A program made the position numbers and the translations under genes. A DNA stretch of 64,000 nucleotides from Klebsormidium nitens (taxonomy: Eukaryota > Plantae > Klebsormidiophyceae), in assembly GCA_000708835.1 (NCBI GenBank), contig DF236960.1:338982-402981 (forward strand), given 5' to 3'. Below, piece by piece: positions 60,343 through 64,000 of this stretch. A model generated the notes under the pieces. It saw only the letters and a program-made list of their open reading frames with translations, was not told the origin of the DNA and ran no database searches. Position 1 is the stretch's first letter; each line of letters opens with the position of its first letter.

Positions 60343-63300
60343 ATGGGCAACCCAAATTTCAGCAAGCCTGCCGATGCGCTGCCAGAGTATTTTCCTCAAA
60401 AGATGGTCGACTTAGACGAGGAAGGGGCCACGATGTCGGACCTAGGTCCAGAAGCAAATGAGCATGACGTAAGTTACAGATTTGTGCCGCACCTTACGGA
60501 CGCCCTTCCAGAGACGGTTCGGCTATTGAAGCTAGCGGGGCCTATAGTTGGGGAGTCTGCCATTCTCAGCGCCCAGTCTGTTGCGTCCATGATCTTTCTC
60601 GGAAGATTGGGTCGTCTGGAGATGGCCGGGGGCGCGCTCGCGCTGACGTTGGCAAACATCTGCGGGTTTAGGTGAGTGCACCGTCACAGGGCTTTAACCT
60701 GTTTGGGGATTCATCTTCGGGGACGAGAAGGTTTTGAAACGCCAGGTGCTCTCTCCAAGTATTCAGAGGGTTTTTCTGTGTGCAGCCGTTTTGACTAACC
60801 AGGGAGCTGAGATCTCAGCGGATTCAGGATTCAAATCCAGGATCTTAGAGATTCGAAAGGCCGTTTTATAAGAGGCAATTTCAGGCGATGGTGGCACTCC
60901 TGCAGTCAATGTATTCACCCCTGTTTTTCCAGAGTTACCTGAAAGGTTGGCCGAAGTACCTTAAATCAAAATCAGCAGACTGTGAAGGTTCCTGACTTGG
61001 TGATGAAGTGGTACGTCGGTCAACATGGGTCACACAGTTTAGAGTGTGTGGATTCGTCCACAAGCTTCTGCTTGGTGCGCAGCTTATGACCTCAGCTGCT
61101 TCGCGTCAGCTGCTGCAACTCCAGTGCTGAGGCGTTTTACCCATGACCCGCTAACGTCGCTCATCCAGAGCTTTTCTGTCACGTTAACTGAAGCCTAAAT
61201 TTTACTCTGGATACGCTCTGGATTTCTTGATCTGCTCTAACCACCGCAAGCTTGGTCTCAGCCCCTCATTCAAACGTGGAGAACCGTGACGAATTCACTG
61301 ACTTTCCCCTACGTAGCTGCTACTGCCGAATTTTATGCGGGGGCGCTTCTTTCTGACGCATCGAACATCGTCTCTCCAGTATCCTCATGGGGTTTGGTGC
61401 CGGCTTAGACCCCATCTTGGGCCAGGCGTTCGGTGCGAAACAGTACGCCTCCATGGGTCGTATAATGCAGAGAGGCTGGGCACTTCTGCTTTTGATATCC
61501 GCGCCCATCCTTCTCCTCTGGTGGAACGCTGAGGGTTTGCTTAACCAACTGGGCCAACACGCTGATGTGGCGCATCAAGCGGGGGTGTTCATCCGTTACT
61601 TGATACCTACCCTGCTGCTGATGTGCTTCCGGTGTCCGTTCCGTTTCTACCTCAAGGCACAGGTAGGCCATTATCCGGTCACCAGTGTTTTCGAGTGAAG
61701 TCGCTATTGGTGGAAGAAATGTTTTGTGCCAGTTTTCGAGTGCTTCGTTCGCTGTGTAAGCGAATCTCATGTCATGACCATCCATTTGGTGAAAGATTGC
61801 ATTTGGCATTGGACGTCAATCCCAAAGAGCTGTCCGGCGGTATGTCCGATGCTCAAAACCCTAGCCAAAGTCATTTTCCTCGTGGAATGACTGCTTGAAA
61901 GAGGGTTGCTCCACAGTACCAATTGACGCCCTCAATCGCGCCGACATTGACTCTTGGGACGTTGCAAACTTTACAAACCGGACCCCTGGATTTGTGCAGG
62001 GCCTGACGCTCCCGCTTCTAGTTTCCCACGCCGTTCCAACCGTCTTGCTTTACCTGCCCCTCAACTTTCTGTTCGTCTTCAAGCTTCGTTGGGGCCCTTT
62101 CGGGGTAGCGATGGCCGATTTTGCGACGGACGTTGTGGCGTTGCTCCTGCTTGCGGCATATGTCCGCTTCTCGCGTGTCTGCGAAAAGGCCTGGGACGGC
62201 TTTAGCTTCAGAGCCGCCTTCACAGAGTGGGGTCCGATTGTCAGGTGAAAACGAACGCTTCTATTTATCCCGTTGACTATCAACACTATACGCGATGGAG
62301 GAGGAGACCGAGTAGTAAAGTTCTGGTTTTACGATGTCTCTGCCTGGAAGGCAGCCCTCAAAAAGGCAGCGCTTGGTTGAGAGGGTCTTAGCAGTCCTAC
62401 CGCGTTGTCAGCCGCTCTACGAAGTCAAGCTATAGTATAGCATGCAAGGAGAGCATTTCCAGATCTAAGCCTTGCTTCAATGCAGGCTGGGCTTTCCGTC
62501 TATGCTGTCCACCTGTCTGGAGTGGTGGGCGTTCGAAGTGATGCTCCTCTTAGCCGGCCTTTTACCAGTAAGCAGCCCTCTCAATGTATTCCCTAACTCA
62601 CATTGCCCCACTCCGTCTTGATCTCTTAAAACAAGATCTTAAGTTGCTTGGAGAAAAACGACAAAGATCCTGTATAGGACATGCTTGCCTATTCTTTTTC
62701 TCGCAAATACATTTGTTGTTGCTGAACTTGTAATTAGTCCTTCCTCTCTGCCAACCTCTGAAGATATGGGAGGATAGCGCCTGCCAGGATTTCAACGCTC
62801 TGTGATGCCATCCGTGAAACGGCGGCTCAAAGACTAGAAATTCCTCTCATGCCAAGTGTTTTGTCGAACTGACAGTCATTCAAGCAGCCTTGCTGTCCAT
62901 CGAGTAGACCTTGTGGTTAACTTCGTGACAAATGCTCAAGGAGAAAGAGGACGCAAAATTCTGGTCACTAAGCAGCATTCCAACTTCGATGCCCACCTTG
63001 TGCGCAGAGGCCCGACCTCTCAGTCTCCACGATGGCCGTCCTCTTCAACGTCAGCCGCCTCTGTTTCTTCCTGCCGAAAGCCCTGGGAGCAGCCTTGTCA
63101 ATCCGGGTCAGCAACGAGTTAGGCGCTAACCGTCCCGCGCGCGCGCGCCTAGCCGCCCACGTGGCAATGTGCTGGGCGGTCTGGTCCAGCGTCCTAATCA
63201 CCTGCGTATTATTGGCGACTAGGAACGCCTTCCCGCTAATCTACGGCAGCGGCAGCGAGTTCGTCGGGTTAGTGGCGTCGGTTACGCCCGTTTTCGTGGT

Positions 63301-63691
63301 TTGCAACTTCTTCGATATGGTGCAGTTGGCATGGGCGGGCGCGCTGCGCGGCTCCGCGCGGCCGACCATCATGGCGAAGGTAAACGCGGCCGCGTATTAC
63401 GTCATAGGGATCCCCCTCGCGCTGCTTCTGGCGTTCCACTACCGTGGGGGTTTGAGGGGTTTGTGGGCGGGTATGAGCGCCGCCGTTATCTTCCAAACGG
63501 CTGCAATGCTTGTGCTGATAATGAGGACGGACTGGTCGGGCGAGGCGGAGAAAGCAGAGAAGACCGTGAGAGAAAGCGACCGGTTGGTAGAGCTGGGCAG
63601 CAAGCCGAACGAAGCAGAGCCCAGCGAGAGGGAACGGCTCATTGTGACTGAACTCTGGCAAAGGTTTGAATTGCTAGCCCAATTACCCTGA
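60343..63691 (+). CDS. MATE (DTX-type) multidrug and toxic compound extrusion transporter
   Basis: Exons 60343-60671, 61380-61662, 62000-62244, 62486-62567 and 63008-63691 join in phase. Motifs LLKLAGPIV, GRLGRLEMAGGALA, GLDPILGQAFGAKQY, CLEWWAFEVMLLLAGLL, SIRVSNELGA and VNAAAYYVIGIP are typical of plant MATEs. Confidence 0.93.
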
Positions 63692-64000
63692 GGTCTGAAT
63701 CGTGAGTTCGTACTACGATTCGCGTACAACCCAGAGCGATGAGAGCTTCGGCCGTCGCACCGAAAAATGTAAAAAGAATTGGGAAGAAAATGAAATGCTT
63801 GTGACGGACCGAAGACGCCGGGTTGCCCGTGGCAGGGATTCCGACTGGCAGGCGCGCGGCCGAGTCAGTAAAGGTCAGCCATGAGCATGCGGCCGCCGCC
63901 AGGCTCCGGGTTGTGGACCGTTGCCAGATCGGCCGGAGACCTGTGTAAATACTCACATGCATCGATCATTTTCTGGTAAGTACAAGGTGCGTTGATAATG

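Overview
Intron-rich, GC-rich eukaryotic genomic DNA. The gene set (plant-type MATE and GRDP/DUF1399 genes next to a PKD2-like TRP channel, which land plants lack), GC3-rich exons and scattered TTTTAGGG motifs suggest a streptophyte green alga such as Klebsormidium. This is an inference; no search was run. The dominant feature is a minus-strand polycystin-2-like channel gene (43926 to 20450). I traced it by hand as 28 phase-consistent exons (about 1433 aa) with a very large Cys-rich extracellular loop containing an LNR/Notch-like motif. Other genes: an orphan secreted protein (+), an OB-fold/CCCH/SAM-methyltransferase (-), a BTB protein (+), a GRDP/DUF1399 protein (-), a MATE transporter (+) and several hypothetical genes. 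The most unusual signal is a set of more than a dozen degenerate copies ('echoes') of exon/splice-junction segments in the introns next to their source exons of the channel gene. One acceptor occurs in four copies, and the terminal cassette is duplicated with an intact alternative last exon. There is also a Tourist-like (PIF/Harbinger) MITE with a TTA target-site duplication, a dispersed G-quadruplex-core element family with short inverted arms, and head-to-head telomere-like hairpins. No rRNA, tRNA or CRISPR array could be supported.
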